64,000 nucleotides of DNA from an uncultured Bacteroidota bacterium. Its GTDB lineage: Bacteria; Bacteroidota; Bacteroidia; Bacteroidales; P3. The position numbers were made by a program, and so were the translations under genes. The notes under the pieces were generated by a model. It saw only the letters and a program-made list of their open reading frames with translations, had not been told where the DNA came from and searched no databases. Below are positions 47,620 through 57,912 of the stretch, piece by piece. Each line of letters opens with the position of its first letter. Position 1 is the first letter of the stretch. The stretch is from contig CADBOG010000137.1 of the NCBI GenBank assembly GCA_902796265.1, forward strand, positions 5,243 to 69,242, in the 5' to 3' direction.

Positions 47620-49911
47620 TTATTTAAGTTTCTCGATTATTGCTTTGGCTGCCTTTCGACCAGCTCCCATGGCAAGTATTACTGTTGCTGCACCGCTGAC
47701 CGCATCGCCACCGGCATAGACGCGGTCGCGTGAAGTTAGACCCTCATCGTTGACTATGATACCTCCCCAACTTTCAGTATTGAGACCTGGCGTTGTGCTC
47801 TTGATGAGAGGATTTGGACTTGTACCTAATGCAATAACAACATTGTCGGCAGCCAAGTCAAACTCGCTGCCCTCTATTGCGCTGAAGCTGCGTCGGCCGC
47901 TTGCATCGGGTTCGCCCATTGCCATGCGTATCAGTCGAACACCATCACAATTACCTTTGCCATCGTCGATTACAGCCACTGGGTTTACTTGGAACATGAA
48001 CTGTATTCCCTCCTCTTTGGCGTGATGTATTTCCTCAAGACGGGCTGGCATATCCTGTTCGCCACGACGGTAAACGACTGTTACGTCGCAACCAAGACGG
48101 CGTGCGGTACGTGCTGCATCCATTGCAACATTACCTCCACCGACAACGACAACATGCTTTCCAAGAATGATGGGGGTGTCGTATTCTTTGTCGTAGCCGT
48201 GCATAAGATTGGTGCGTGTAAGCAATTCATTTGCAGCAACAACGCCTACCAGTGTTTCTCCAGGAATTTTCATGAATTTTGGCAATCCGGCTCCAGAAGC
48301 GATATATATTGCTTCGAAACCATCTTTGAAGAGTTCATCGATGCTTATTGAACGTCCCACTATGACGTTTGTCTTTATCTCTACGCCAAGTTTCTTGAGG
48401 TTTTCTATCTCAGGTTCAACAACTTTCTTTTTAGGAAGACGGAATTCTGGAATACCATAAACAAGAACACCGCCAGGATGCTGCAATGCCTCGAAGATTG
48501 TTACTTTGATACCAGCTTTTGCAAGGTCGCTGGCGCAAGCAAGCCCTGAAGGACCACTACCGATAATAGCCACTTTCTTCTTTTGGGAATCTGAAGTTGA
48601 TGTTTGTGAGCTATTTAAGGTAGCCTCAATATCTTGTTTATTGTTCTCGCGGTTCCAGTCGGCCACAAAACGCTCGAGGGCACCGATTGCAATGGGTTTG
48701 CTCTTATGTCCCAATACACACGAGCCCTCGCATTGTGTTTCTTGTGGGCAAACACGACCACATATGGCAGGAAGTGATGAATCTGCAGCAATTATGCGGC
48801 CAGCCTCAAATATGTTGTCGTCCTTGACGGCAGCAATGAATTCAGGAATATTAATGTTTACTGGGCAGCTGGCAACGCACAATGGCTTTTTGCAATGCAG
48901 ACAGCGTGCGGCTTCCACAAGAGCTTGCTGGTGGTTGATGCCGTTCGAAACCTCCTTAAAGTTATGGATTCGCACACTCGGGTCTTGTTCTTGAGGATGA
49001 GGACGTTGACCCTCTTCAGCGGCAATTTGTTTTTCAACAGCGGGAGCAAGATTGCATTTGTGGCCTTCATCGCTGGTGGCGATGCGATATTTCTTGGTGT
49101 CATGGCGTGCAAGACGCTTCATGGCCTCATCAAAGTCAACCTTATGACCGTCAAATTCAGGGCCATCAACACAGGTGAACTTCACCTTGTCTCCAACACT
49201 CACCCTACATGCTCCACACATACCAGTGCCGTCTACCATCATTGCATTGAGCGATACGACAGTTTCGAGATTGTATTGTTTGGTGAGCAGCGAGACAAAC
49301 TTCATCATTGGCAGAGGTCCAATTGCAACACAGACATCATATTTTTCTCCTCTCTCTATCAATTGTTTAATCTTGTCAGTAACAAGACCTTTTTCTCCGT
49401 ATGAGCCGTCGTCGGTGACAACATAAAGGTTGTCGCAATCAGCTCGCATCTTCTCTTCGAAGAAGATAAGCTCTTTGTTGCGTGAACCAATAATAACATC
49501 GCAACCAATGCCGTTTGCATGTGCCCATTTGGCTTGTGGATATACGGGAGCTGTTCCTACACCACCAGCCACGAAAAGAATCCTCAGCGGCTTATTCTCG
49601 GTCTTATTCCTTTCCGCCATATCCATTACCTCAGCACGGCGACCAAGAGGACCAACGATGGTAAAGATGCAGTCACCTTCATTCATCGCTGCTAGACGAC
49701 GAGTCGAATCACCGACAATCTGGTATACTATCGACACCGAGTTTTTCTCATAGTTGATATCGCTAATAGTCAGAGGCACACGTTCCCCCTTGTCGTGGGG
49801 AATGACAATGACGAACTGCCCTGGTTGTCCCGATCGGGCAATCCAAGGGGCTTTGATATCCATTCTGATGATGGTTTCTGTGAGTTGCTCTTTTTCGATA
49901 ATTCGGTACAT
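47620..49911 (-). CDS. Fused NfnA-like (PyrK/ferredoxin-NADP reductase-like FAD/NAD/2Fe-2S module) and NfnB/GltD-like (2x[4Fe-4S] plus FAD/NADPH) oxidoreductase
   Basis: 763 aa. In aa 1-~285: RVPLTISD, VAGGVGTAPV and GTGMCGACRV...C. From aa ~300: CLHCKKPLCVASCP, CGRVCPQETQCEGSC, VAIIGSGPSGLACA and VVVVGGGNVAMDAA. Confidence 0.88.
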   Translation of the reverse strand: MYRIIEKEQLTETIIRMDIKAPWIARSGQPGQFVIVIPHDKGERVPLTISDINYEKNSVSIVYQIVGDSTRRLAAMNEGDCIFTIVGPLGRRAEVMDMAERNKTENKPLRILFVAGGVGTAPVYPQAKWAHANGIGCDVIIGSRNKELIFFEEKMRADCDNLYVVTDDGSYGEKGLVTDKIKQLIERGEKYDVCVAIGPLPMMKFVSLLTKQYNLETVVSLNAMMVDGTGMCGACRVSVGDKVKFTCVDGPEFDGHKVDFDEAMKRLARHDTKKYRIATSDEGHKCNLAPAVEKQIAAEEGQRPHPQEQDPSVRIHNFKEVSNGINHQQALVEAARCLHCKKPLCVASCPVNINIPEFIAAVKDDNIFEAGRIIAADSSLPAICGRVCPQETQCEGSCVLGHKSKPIAIGALERFVADWNRENNKQDIEATLNSSQTSTSDSQKKKVAIIGSGPSGLACASDLAKAGIKVTIFEALQHPGGVLVYGIPEFRLPKKKVVEPEIENLKKLGVEIKTNVIVGRSISIDELFKDGFEAIYIASGAGLPKFMKIPGETLVGVVAANELLTRTNLMHGYDKEYDTPIILGKHVVVVGGGNVAMDAARTARRLGCDVTVVYRRGEQDMPARLEEIHHAKEEGIQFMFQVNPVAVIDDGKGNCDGVRLIRMAMGEPDASGRRSFSAIEGSEFDLAADNVVIALGTSPNPLIKSTTPGLNTESWGGIIVNDEGLTSRDRVYAGGDAVSGAATVILAMGAGRKAAKAIIEKLK

Positions 49912-49945
49912 GGCGTTGAAATTGAAAATTGATTATTAGAGTTGT

Positions 49946-50566
49946 TTAAAGATATGTTGAACTAATAAAATGGTTGAAACATGAAACCTGACTCCTCAAC
50001 ATATTATCAATAAATGTCACTTGCCTTACTCGTGGATTACCTTCATAGTTAAGTATTACATAATCAGCTCTATCCATCTTTTCTTCTGCACTTAGTTGGT
50101 TTCTCATTCTCTCTTCTAACTGCTCTCGTGATGCTTTGTCTCTCAATATCAGCCTTCTCATTCGCTCCTCTTTCTCAAGATATACTGTAATGACTTTATC
50201 CAGTTGTTTGTCAAGATGATATTCATAGATTATTGCCGATTCCATTATTACGTATTCAGCTTTTTGTATGGAAGCCCACGATGCAAAATCCTTCATTACT
50301 CGTGGATGGATGAGAGCATTGAGTTTCATCAAAGCGTCATGGTTATTGAATACGATAGAGGCAATACGTGTTTTGTCCGCACTTCCGTCCTGTCGTATTA
50401 CATCGTCACCTAAGAGTTTTCTTATCTCCTCTAAAAACGATGCGTCATTATAATAGTTGGCAGCATGACGGTCGGCGATGAAGCAGGGAACTCCCAGTTT
50501 TTGGAATTCCTCAAGAACTGTGGTTTTTCCACATCCTATGCCCCCAGTCAGACCTATTAATTTCAT
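49946..50566 (-). CDS. coaE: Dephospho-CoA kinase
   Basis: P-loop in MKLIGLTGGIGCGKTTV, and the segment ALIHPRV. Confidence 0.93.
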   Translation of the reverse strand: MKLIGLTGGIGCGKTTVLEEFQKLGVPCFIADRHAANYYNDASFLEEIRKLLGDDVIRQDGSADKTRIASIVFNNHDALMKLNALIHPRVMKDFASWASIQKAEYVIMESAIIYEYHLDKQLDKVITVYLEKEERMRRLILRDKASREQLEERMRNQLSAEEKMDRADYVILNYEGNPRVRQVTFIDNMLRSQVSCFNHFISSTYL

Positions 50567-51553
50567 TTATTGCTCAATTATAATGTATTGCACTTGTTCG
50601 GGAGTGATTGATTTGAGTCTCACACAAGAGGGGAACTTGGTGAGTTGAGGTGTGAGTTGGTTGTTGCTGCACTCTTTAGTACTTGCGGTTACTACGCACT
50701 TTGACAAATCTATGCTTTCAACCTTCGATTCGGGTACAAGCAATTTTACAGTCACATTGGCAGGGTAGAGGTTCCATTGTGCATTACCACTTTTGTCTGT
50801 AAGCTCAATGGGTAAAGTGATGCTCTTCTCGATGAACTTCTCGACAGGAATATACAAAGTCACCACTTCGCTGGATATACGCAAATCGGGATACTTTTTC
50901 CAGTCATCTTCCAAAACAATCTTGTATTCGTTGCTCTCGTTTATATTATTGATTGATTGTTCTTTTGCAGATATTACCTCAATCTTTGATAGAGATTTGT
51001 GGCTGCCATAGAGGTAGATGCTGTCAGGTTTGATAATCGGCTCACCGCTGATGCCATCCATCTTGTCAAAATTGAAAGAAACATGACTGATGTCGGGTAC
51101 GAATGCTTTGCGCTCTCGCAAGGCCAACTGCAAGGTTAGTTGCTCGTTGATAAGGCTAACATCGGAGACACCACGCATGTCAAGTTGACTTTTGATGATG
51201 TCCAGATACTCTTCGGTACGCAGGGAAAGAGAGAAGCTACTGTCTCGCTTGTGGCTGTCGATTAGTTTCGCAAGGTCAATATGAATTGCTTTCTGCTTAC
51301 CGTTAGTCTTTTTTTGTGCTCTTCCACGACTGAATGCTCTGAAACCATTACTTGAGATATCAATGGTTATTACACTGTCACAGTGCATCATGGCATATTT
51401 AGCCGTATCAATATTGACGTAAGCAATCGGGTAGGATTCTCTGAATCGTTTTTCTTCAGCCATAGCTGAGACAATCCATACAATAGCAACAGCAACGAGG
51501 GCAAAAAGAAATGCCCTCGACTGTTTTAGCTGTTGTCGTATGGATCGACTCAT
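50567..51553 (-). CDS. YbbR-like domain-containing membrane-anchored protein
   Basis: 328 aa with an N-terminal TM segment (FLFALVAVAIVWIVSAMA), repeated beta-rich modules and a conserved position between yajC and coaE. The family call is moderate. Confidence 0.55.
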   Translation of the reverse strand: MSRSIRQQLKQSRAFLFALVAVAIVWIVSAMAEEKRFRESYPIAYVNIDTAKYAMMHCDSVITIDISSNGFRAFSRGRAQKKTNGKQKAIHIDLAKLIDSHKRDSSFSLSLRTEEYLDIIKSQLDMRGVSDVSLINEQLTLQLALRERKAFVPDISHVSFNFDKMDGISGEPIIKPDSIYLYGSHKSLSKIEVISAKEQSINNINESNEYKIVLEDDWKKYPDLRISSEVVTLYIPVEKFIEKSITLPIELTDKSGNAQWNLYPANVTVKLLVPESKVESIDLSKCVVTASTKECSNNQLTPQLTKFPSCVRLKSITPEQVQYIIIEQ

Positions 51554-51578
51554 GACTATAACTTATTCAAAAGAATAC

Positions 51579-51908
51579 TTATTTCTTTTCTTCGGTCTCG
51601 CCGTTATCGGTAGTGACGCTTTGGATAAAGCCCTTTTCGACGGTGAGAATCACACCATTGGAAACCTCTACATCGACCGTAGATGTACCAACAGAGTGTA
51701 CTTTACCATAGATGCCACCCGAGAAGAGAACACGGTCGCCCTTCTTGAGTTGTTCACGCATCTTGGCATCCTCTTTCTCTTTCTTTTTTTGAGGACGGAT
51801 CATAAGAAGCCACATTACCACGAAAAGCAGGACAATCATTATAAGTCCGCCACTGCCGCCACCAGGGGCAGCAGGTTGTGCTTGAAGAAGTGTAAAAAGA
51901 ATTTGCAT
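51579..51908 (-). CDS. yajC: Preprotein translocase subunit YajC
   Basis: 109 aa with a single TM segment and the motif MIRPQKKKEKEDAKMREQLKKGDRVLFSGGIYGKV. Confidence 0.92.
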   Translation of the reverse strand: MQILFTLLQAQPAAPGGGSGGLIMIVLLFVVMWLLMIRPQKKKEKEDAKMREQLKKGDRVLFSGGIYGKVHSVGTSTVDVEVSNGVILTVEKGFIQSVTTDNGETEEKK

Positions 51909-52006
51909 TGTAAAATGTTAAAAGATTTTTTGGTTAATAAGTACTTTAATTAATATTCAATAATAGATTAATTGTCAATCTGCTATCGCACGTCACAAAA
52001 CCCCAA

Positions 52007-52450
52007 TCACCTGACCGTTGCTGTGATGGTTAGGCGAGTGCGAGCAGGTTGGGCATTAGAAGCGACGATGATTTCTTTCATTTGGTGTCCAGACATACCC
52101 TGCGACTTAAATGAAACGGTAATATAGCCATTCTTGCCTGGGGCAATACGTTCACGAGGATAGTCGGCAACGGTGCAACCGCAAGAGGCGTCGCAACCGC
52201 TAATGACGAGGTCGGCATTGCCGGTATTGGTGAACTTGAAGCTATAAGATATCACTTCGCCAGCCATTAGTTGTCCAAAATCATGCATATCGGTTTCGAA
52301 GACAATTTTGGGCATCTTCTCGCCCTCATTGTATCCTTCGGCACTATTTGGATTCTTAATGATGTCTGTGTCAATGGCTTTGTCTCCGTTATGACACGAA
52401 ACCAACACCATGGACATGATTATGGAAGCAAAAAGAATTCTGAATTTCAT
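52007..52450 (-). CDS. DUF1573 domain-containing lipoprotein
   Basis: I prefer the start at M46 of the track ORF (MKFRILFASIIMSMVLVSCHNG, a lipoprotein signal). DUF1573 core: FKFTNTGNADLVISGCDASCGCTVADYPRERIAPGKNGYITVSF. The longer track ORF (to 52585) would overlap nusB. Confidence 0.8.
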   Translation of the reverse strand: MKFRILFASIIMSMVLVSCHNGDKAIDTDIIKNPNSAEGYNEGEKMPKIVFETDMHDFGQLMAGEVISYSFKFTNTGNADLVISGCDASCGCTVADYPRERIAPGKNGYITVSFKSQGMSGHQMKEIIVASNAQPARTRLTITATVR

Positions 52451-52469
52451 TAGTTTAGTATTGTTTTTA

Positions 52470-53465
52470 TTAGTTCTCTTCAGGAGGCACATCGCCATCG
52501 ATGGCAGGGTCGTACAATCCTCGGTCGTTCTTGTTAATGCGTCCGGCAACACGGAGCTCAATAAGAATCTTGTCGAGAATACCATTTATGAAAAGCTTGC
52601 TCTTTTCGGTCGAGAACTCTTTCGACAGTTCGATATATTCGTCAACGGTGACACGTTCGGGTATTGATGGACAGCAAGTGAACTCTGTGACTGCCATATT
52701 GATAAGGATGATATCCATCATGGCGACACGATCCATATCCCAGTTTTGCAGATGCTTGCGGATGAGAGGTTCAACCTCATCAAAATGCTTGAAGGTGTCT
52801 ACTGCCAGTTGTCGTGCGAAATCATAGTCGTTGCAATCCTTTTGGTTGCGCGAGTCATAAACCTGCGGACAGCGGGTGGCTTCGTTAGTGCCCTCTTCTG
52901 TGAGCTCCTTAAGCATCATAAAGACATATTGAGCGACCTGGTCGAAGTCGTCCTCCCACATCAAGTCACGGTCGAAGATGATATCGCGAAGAGTGTCGTC
53001 GTTCATCAGGGACTTGAAAGCGTTAATAGCCATCGTCTTGTCGTCGTCAAACGACGAGCTTTCTTTGGCGACGTAGTCGGTGAAGACACGGCTGCTCTTG
53101 AAGCTATTCAGTATCTTGTGGAAGACATCGAAATAGTTCGACCAGTCGATGTGTAGGCGGTTCATCTGCTGCTTGAACTCAAAGCCGCTAACAAGTCTGG
53201 TAATGAACAAGTTGTTGACAATCTTGTTTAGGGTATCAATCTCTTTTTGAGAAGGGTTGAATTTTTGATTTTCCGACTCAAGAACACGTTCGGCAGTAAA
53301 CACGAAATAATCGAGAGTACTCAGTTGTGTAAGACCCAAATCGTTGAGATGGGAAACGTTGTAGTCGTAGCTATTGATGATGTCTTGTTCAGTGGCTTTG
53401 TCGTCGGAGATGGCGGCATAGATGACTTGGAGCGCTTTTGCTCGCAAAAAATGTCTGCTTAGCAT
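52470..53465 (-). CDS. nusB: Transcription antitermination factor NusB (long Bacteroidetes form)
   Basis: [17 protein letters not shown]; the C-terminal NusB fold reads [17 protein letters not shown]...[31 protein letters not shown]. The start overlaps the leuS stop (ATGCTAA). Confidence 0.88.
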   Translation of the reverse strand: MLSRHFLRAKALQVIYAAISDDKATEQDIINSYDYNVSHLNDLGLTQLSTLDYFVFTAERVLESENQKFNPSQKEIDTLNKIVNNLFITRLVSGFEFKQQMNRLHIDWSNYFDVFHKILNSFKSSRVFTDYVAKESSSFDDDKTMAINAFKSLMNDDTLRDIIFDRDLMWEDDFDQVAQYVFMMLKELTEEGTNEATRCPQVYDSRNQKDCNDYDFARQLAVDTFKHFDEVEPLIRKHLQNWDMDRVAMMDIILINMAVTEFTCCPSIPERVTVDEYIELSKEFSTEKSKLFINGILDKILIELRVAGRINKNDRGLYDPAIDGDVPPEEN

Positions 53466-56323
53466 ACTATGTTGATGATACGTTTAGGTACGAAGATGAT
53501 TTTCTTGGGTTCTTTGCCGGCTGTCCACTTGGCATATTCTTCGGTGGCCTTAACGGCAGCGATGGCATCATCCTGTTGAGCATCAGCGGGGAGGTCGATA
53601 GTGAATCGCATTTTGCCGTTGAAAGAGACAGGATATTTGAACGAATCCTCGACGAGGAATTTCTCGTCAAACGAAGGCCATTGGGCATCGCATACAGAGC
53701 TATTGTCGTTGTGCATAAGATGCCAGAGTTCCTCAGCGATATGGGGTGCAAAAGGAGCGATAAGTACGGCAAGAGGCTCGAGGACGGCACGTTTGTTGCA
53801 CTTGAGAGCAGCAAGGTCATTTGCACAAATCATGAAGGTGCTGACGCTTGTGTTGAACGAGAAACGCTCAATGTCGTCAGTAACCTTCTTTATGGTTTGG
53901 TGCAGAATCTTGAGTTCGGCCTTTGTCGGCTCATCGTTGCTGACACAGAAGGTGTTTGTGTCGTCGTGATAAAGACGCCAGAATTTCTTGAAGAAGCGGA
54001 AGACACCTTCAATACCTTTTGTGTCCCAGGGCTTGGCTTGCTCAATGGGGCCAAGGAACATCTCGTACATGCGGAGAGTGTCGGCGCCATAGCGTGCAAC
54101 AAGGTCGTCAGGATTCTGAACGTTGTAGTATGTCTTAGACATCTTCTCAATCTCCCATCCGCATACATATTTTCCATCTTCCAACTCAAAGCGAGCGTCG
54201 GCAAATTCAGGTCGCCATTGGCGGAAGCGTTCGGTGTCGAGAATGTCGTTGTCGACAATATTGATATCAACTCTGATAGCGCTAACGCTGTCGGGGTCCT
54301 TAACCAGATTTTTGGAGATGTAGAGGTTCTTGTCCTCCTTCGAGCGGTAAACGAAACTAGTGCGGCCTTGAATCATACCTTGGTTTACAAGTTTTTGGAA
54401 AGGTTCCTCGACAACCGAGAGGCCGATGTCGTGAAGGAATTTGTTCCAGAAACGGGCATAGATAAGGTGACCCGAGGCGTGTTCTGCACCACCGACATAG
54501 AGGTCTACTTTTTGCCAATAGTTCACAGCTTCAAGTGAGAAATAGGCGTCGTTGTTGCGGGGGTCCATATAGCGGAGATAGTAACCGCTGCTGCCTGCGA
54601 AACCAGGCATAGTGCTGAGTTCAAGAGGGAAGATATTCTTGTTGTCAATCAAGCTCTTGTTGACCACTTTGTTGTTGACCTCGTCCCATGCCCAGCATTC
54701 GGCATGCCCCAGCGGAGGTTCGCCTGTAGAAGTGGGCTTATACTCGCTGATGTCGGGCAACAGCAGGGGTAGGCACTCTTCGGGAATGGCTGTCGGGATT
54801 CCATTCTTATAATAAATAGGAAATGGTTCACCCCAGTAGCGCTGACGGCTGAAGATGGCGTCACGAAGACGATAGTTGACGGTGCGGTGACCGATACCCA
54901 TCTCTTCGATGTGGTCGATGACTGCCTTCATGGCATCTTTCACTTTCATGCCCGAGAACGAACCGCTGTTGACCGAATAACCAGTCTTTGCGTCGATACT
55001 TTCTGTCCAAGTGTCGGTATCGCTAACCACGTTTTTCTCGAGCGAAACCACTTGACGGATAGGCAGGTTGAAGTGACGGGCAAAAGCAAAGTCGCGGCTG
55101 TCGTGGGCAGGAACGGCCATAATGGCACCCGTACCGTAGCCGGCAAGTACATATTCCGAAACCCAGATAGGGATACGCTCTTCGGTGAGGGGATTGATGG
55201 CGTAAGCACCTGTGAACACGCCACTGACTTTCTTAACCTCAGCTTGGCGTTCGCGCTCACTACGGTTCTTGGCCCAAGTGACGTAAGCCTCCACCTCGGC
55301 TTTCTGCTCAGGTGTCGTAATTTGGTCAATAAGCTCATGTTCAGGGCAAAGGACCATGAAGGTGACACCGAAGATAGTGTCGGGACGGGTGGTGAAGATT
55401 TCGAAGCTAGGAACAGCTTCGGGATTCACCTGCCCCATGTAGTAACTTGTGGGGGCATCGACTGATGTTGTAGGCACATCGAGAGGGAACCACACGGCGG
55501 CGCCTTCGCTGCGGCCGATCCAGTTGCGTTGTATCTCCTTGAGGCTGTCCGTCCATTCCACTTGTTCAAGGCCGTCCACAAGACGCTGGGCGTAAGCGGT
55601 GATACGGAGACTCCATTGGCGCATTAGTTTGCGTTCCACGGGATAACCACCACGCACGGAGAGTCCGTTGACCACCTCGTCATTAGCGAGCACCGTTCCT
55701 AGTTCGGCACACCAGTTGACGGGAATGTCGGCAAGGTAAGCAAGACGGAAGTTCATGAGATAATCCTGCTGCTCCTTCTGGCTCATTTCATTCCACAACT
55801 TGCCGTCAGCAACAGGTTCGTTGCAGTTTTCAAACTTGGCTATTAGTTCGCTGATGGGACGAGCCTTCTGTTGCTCATCGTCATAGTAGTGGTTGAAGAG
55901 CTGGAGGAAAGTCCACTGAGTCCATTTGTAGTACTCAGGGTCGCAAGTGCGAACCTCGCGGTCCCAGTCGAAACTGAAGCCAATCTTGTCGAGCTGTTCC
56001 CTATAGCGGCGGATGTTCTGTTCGGTTGTCTTGGCGGGATGCTGCCCCGTTTGGATAGCATACTGTTCGGCTGGGAGGCCGTAGGCGTCGTAACCCATGG
56101 GGTGCAGCACGTTGAATCCACGCAGACGTTTATAGCGTGCAAAAATGTCGCTGGCGATGTAGCCAAGAGGGTGACCGACATGAAGGCCCGCGCCCGAAGG
56201 GTAGGGGAACATGTCGAGAACATAAAAATGAGGTTTCTGTGAATTGTTTTCCACATGGTAGGTCTTCTGGTCACGCCAGAACTGCTGCCATTTGGGTTCG
56301 ATTTCGGTAAAATTATAGTCCAT
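53459..56323 (-). CDS. leuS: Leucine--tRNA ligase
   Basis: 954 aa. HIGH region [17 protein letters not shown] present, and a CP1 editing domain. Confidence 0.97.
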   Translation of the reverse strand: MDYNFTEIEPKWQQFWRDQKTYHVENNSQKPHFYVLDMFPYPSGAGLHVGHPLGYIASDIFARYKRLRGFNVLHPMGYDAYGLPAEQYAIQTGQHPAKTTEQNIRRYREQLDKIGFSFDWDREVRTCDPEYYKWTQWTFLQLFNHYYDDEQQKARPISELIAKFENCNEPVADGKLWNEMSQKEQQDYLMNFRLAYLADIPVNWCAELGTVLANDEVVNGLSVRGGYPVERKLMRQWSLRITAYAQRLVDGLEQVEWTDSLKEIQRNWIGRSEGAAVWFPLDVPTTSVDAPTSYYMGQVNPEAVPSFEIFTTRPDTIFGVTFMVLCPEHELIDQITTPEQKAEVEAYVTWAKNRSERERQAEVKKVSGVFTGAYAINPLTEERIPIWVSEYVLAGYGTGAIMAVPAHDSRDFAFARHFNLPIRQVVSLEKNVVSDTDTWTESIDAKTGYSVNSGSFSGMKVKDAMKAVIDHIEEMGIGHRTVNYRLRDAIFSRQRYWGEPFPIYYKNGIPTAIPEECLPLLLPDISEYKPTSTGEPPLGHAECWAWDEVNNKVVNKSLIDNKNIFPLELSTMPGFAGSSGYYLRYMDPRNNDAYFSLEAVNYWQKVDLYVGGAEHASGHLIYARFWNKFLHDIGLSVVEEPFQKLVNQGMIQGRTSFVYRSKEDKNLYISKNLVKDPDSVSAIRVDINIVDNDILDTERFRQWRPEFADARFELEDGKYVCGWEIEKMSKTYYNVQNPDDLVARYGADTLRMYEMFLGPIEQAKPWDTKGIEGVFRFFKKFWRLYHDDTNTFCVSNDEPTKAELKILHQTIKKVTDDIERFSFNTSVSTFMICANDLAALKCNKRAVLEPLAVLIAPFAPHIAEELWHLMHNDNSSVCDAQWPSFDEKFLVEDSFKYPVSFNGKMRFTIDLPADAQQDDAIAAVKATEEYAKWTAGKEPKKIIFVPKRIINIVC

Positions 56324-56418
56324 CTTACGCTCTTTCAGTAGGGTTAAAACTCGATATTTTATTCGAATATGTTGGATGTCAATATATTATTGTATTTTAC
56401 TAGCAAAAATACATTCTG

Positions 56419-56426
56419 CAAATTTA
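56419..56426 (-). promoter_or_regulatory. Bacteroidetes -7 promoter box (TAAATTTG on minus strand) upstream of leuS
   Basis: The plus strand reads caaattta, an exact TAnnTTTG on the minus strand, about 95 nt upstream of the leuS ATG (56323). Confidence 0.45.
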
Positions 56427-56582
56427 AGAAAAAAAATTATTATGCCACCTTTTTTTCCGTTTTCTTTTAATCTTCTATTCGCATTAGCCCTCACAAATCT
56501 GCTGAATGGTGAAATCAACATCTATCCGTGTGCCTTTGAGGAGAATTATGGTGTCCAAGCACCTCGTGGACCCAATTGATGC

Positions 56583-57638
56583 TCAAAGAGAGTGTAGGGG
56601 AGAAGAAGATGCGCGTATCAGATTCAACATGCGGTCAGCCCACGCTTCGTCGCCGCTGATTTGGTAGCGGTAGTTGCCGTCGGGGTCGGTTATGAAGCTG
56701 ATCTTGTTCTCGTCGTTGAAGACTATGTGTCCGCGAGGAGAAAGGCCGATAAGGTCATCGCCTTCAATCTCTTGCAGCGGGAGCATAGGATCCCACATAC
56801 GTTGACCCGTGTTGCAGTCAAACTGCATGTATATTTGTTTCAGCGGATGGATATCTGTCCAATCAATATCGTTGATAACTAGTTCTGGTTTATATTCCAC
56901 CATGTTGCCTGGAGCGCTGGGAGAGATGATGACATCGACATCGTCTGGCCACATCTGAAGTAATGTTTTTGCAGCATTGGGATGCATCATAATATTGTAT
57001 CCTGGGCTGACATTCTGTTCGCTGCTGGGTTCAAGCTTAGTGGCCATGAAGTAAAGTCTTTTCACTTTGCGACGCACCAACTCCACGCCCGAAAGCGACG
57101 AATATTGGTCGGCACTAGAAGTGAGGAGGTTGGCTATCGTAGAAGGGATGCCGGTGAGAATGATGGTGACGCTGCCATCGGCGGCATTGGCTAGCAGACG
57201 TCGATAGAGGATGTAGCCGTCTGGAATGGAGGAATAATCGCTGTAGGTGCGGGCGAAGAGCAAGTTGCCGTTGTCGTCGGTGGCTTCTGCAATGGGAGAA
57301 TAGTTGATGTATGAGAATCGCTCATTGGTGCCATTGCGTTCCAGTGCGATAGGTAGCGTCGGGAATCCATAGTAGTTGTTCATCAAGTCAGCGACGGCGG
57401 CGTTGGTATCGCCCATGCGGTCAACAATCACTCCAAGCAAGTTGCATCTGCCTTGCGAGGCATAGCGATAGAGTAGCTGCATGGCGAAAAGGTCGTCGGT
57501 CGAACTGCAGATGTCGGTATCGATGATGATTTGCGGCACAGTCGGCTGCTGTTGATCAGGTGTTGTATTGTCCTTGTTGCAAGCAACCAGCGCAAGAGCT
57601 GTTAATACAATAAAAATAAGGTTTTTAGCTCGTTTCAT
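56583..57638 (-). CDS. Nucleoside-hydrolase-like (IUNH-fold) lipoprotein
   Basis: Lipoprotein signal LTALALVACNKD. The aspartate cluster IIIDTDICSSTDDLFAM resembles the DxDxxxDD Ca/ribose-binding motif of inosine-uridine nucleoside hydrolases. Confidence 0.7.
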   Translation of the reverse strand: MKRAKNLIFIVLTALALVACNKDNTTPDQQQPTVPQIIIDTDICSSTDDLFAMQLLYRYASQGRCNLLGVIVDRMGDTNAAVADLMNNYYGFPTLPIALERNGTNERFSYINYSPIAEATDDNGNLLFARTYSDYSSIPDGYILYRRLLANAADGSVTIILTGIPSTIANLLTSSADQYSSLSGVELVRRKVKRLYFMATKLEPSSEQNVSPGYNIMMHPNAAKTLLQMWPDDVDVIISPSAPGNMVEYKPELVINDIDWTDIHPLKQIYMQFDCNTGQRMWDPMLPLQEIEGDDLIGLSPRGHIVFNDENKISFITDPDGNYRYQISGDEAWADRMLNLIRASSSPLHSL

Positions 57639-57668
57639 CTTTACTTTGTTTTAATTCATTTAGAATTG

Positions 57669-57676
57669 CAAAAGTA
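57669..57676 (-). promoter_or_regulatory. Bacteroidetes -7 promoter box (TACTTTTG on minus strand) upstream of the nucleoside-hydrolase-like gene
   Basis: The plus strand reads caaaagta, an exact TAnnTTTG on the minus strand, 31 nt upstream of the ATG at 57638. Confidence 0.5.
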
Positions 57677-57856
57677 CACTTTTTTTGTAAAAGGGTCTAT
57701 TTCGATGTAGTTATGATGCAATTTCCTTTTGTCATTCGGTAACTGTTTGACAAATCACACATGAATACCAACGCCCGATTTAGGTTAGAAAACTTTGGAA
57801 AATAGGCGCAGAGGTAGTCTCTGGAAGAAAAGTTTTGCCATATTGGAAAATAGTTG

Positions 57857-57864
57857 TAATTTTG
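57857..57864 (+). promoter_or_regulatory. Bacteroidetes -7 promoter box (TAATTTTG) upstream of the flavodoxin gene
   Basis: Exact TAnnTTTG match, 48 nt upstream of the ATG at 57913. Confidence 0.5.
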
Positions 57865-57912
57865 CAATCCCAAATTTGTTTTGAATAATGCATTTTTTAA
57901 GACATAACAATA

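Noticed and set aside
52451-52585. N-terminal 45-aa extension of the DUF1573 ORF as given in the track (192 aa)
   Set aside because: The extension overlaps the nusB 3' end by >100 nt and precedes a perfect lipoprotein signal that starts at M46. The shorter ORF (52007-52450) is the sensible gene model.
53438-54538. 366-aa ORF on the plus strand, fully antisense to leuS
   Set aside because: It lies entirely inside the well-supported leuS CDS. Its composition (V/L/F/E/D-rich, no motifs, no promoter box) is typical of a shadow ORF created by codon bias on the opposite strand. The Rodin-Ohno idea of sense/antisense aaRS genes is tempting, but nothing here supports it.
56376-56579. 67-aa ORF in the leuS upstream intergenic region
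   Set aside because: It is low-complexity and AT-rich, and it runs opposite to both flanking genes across the predicted leuS promoter. It has no signal or motif and is most likely non-coding.
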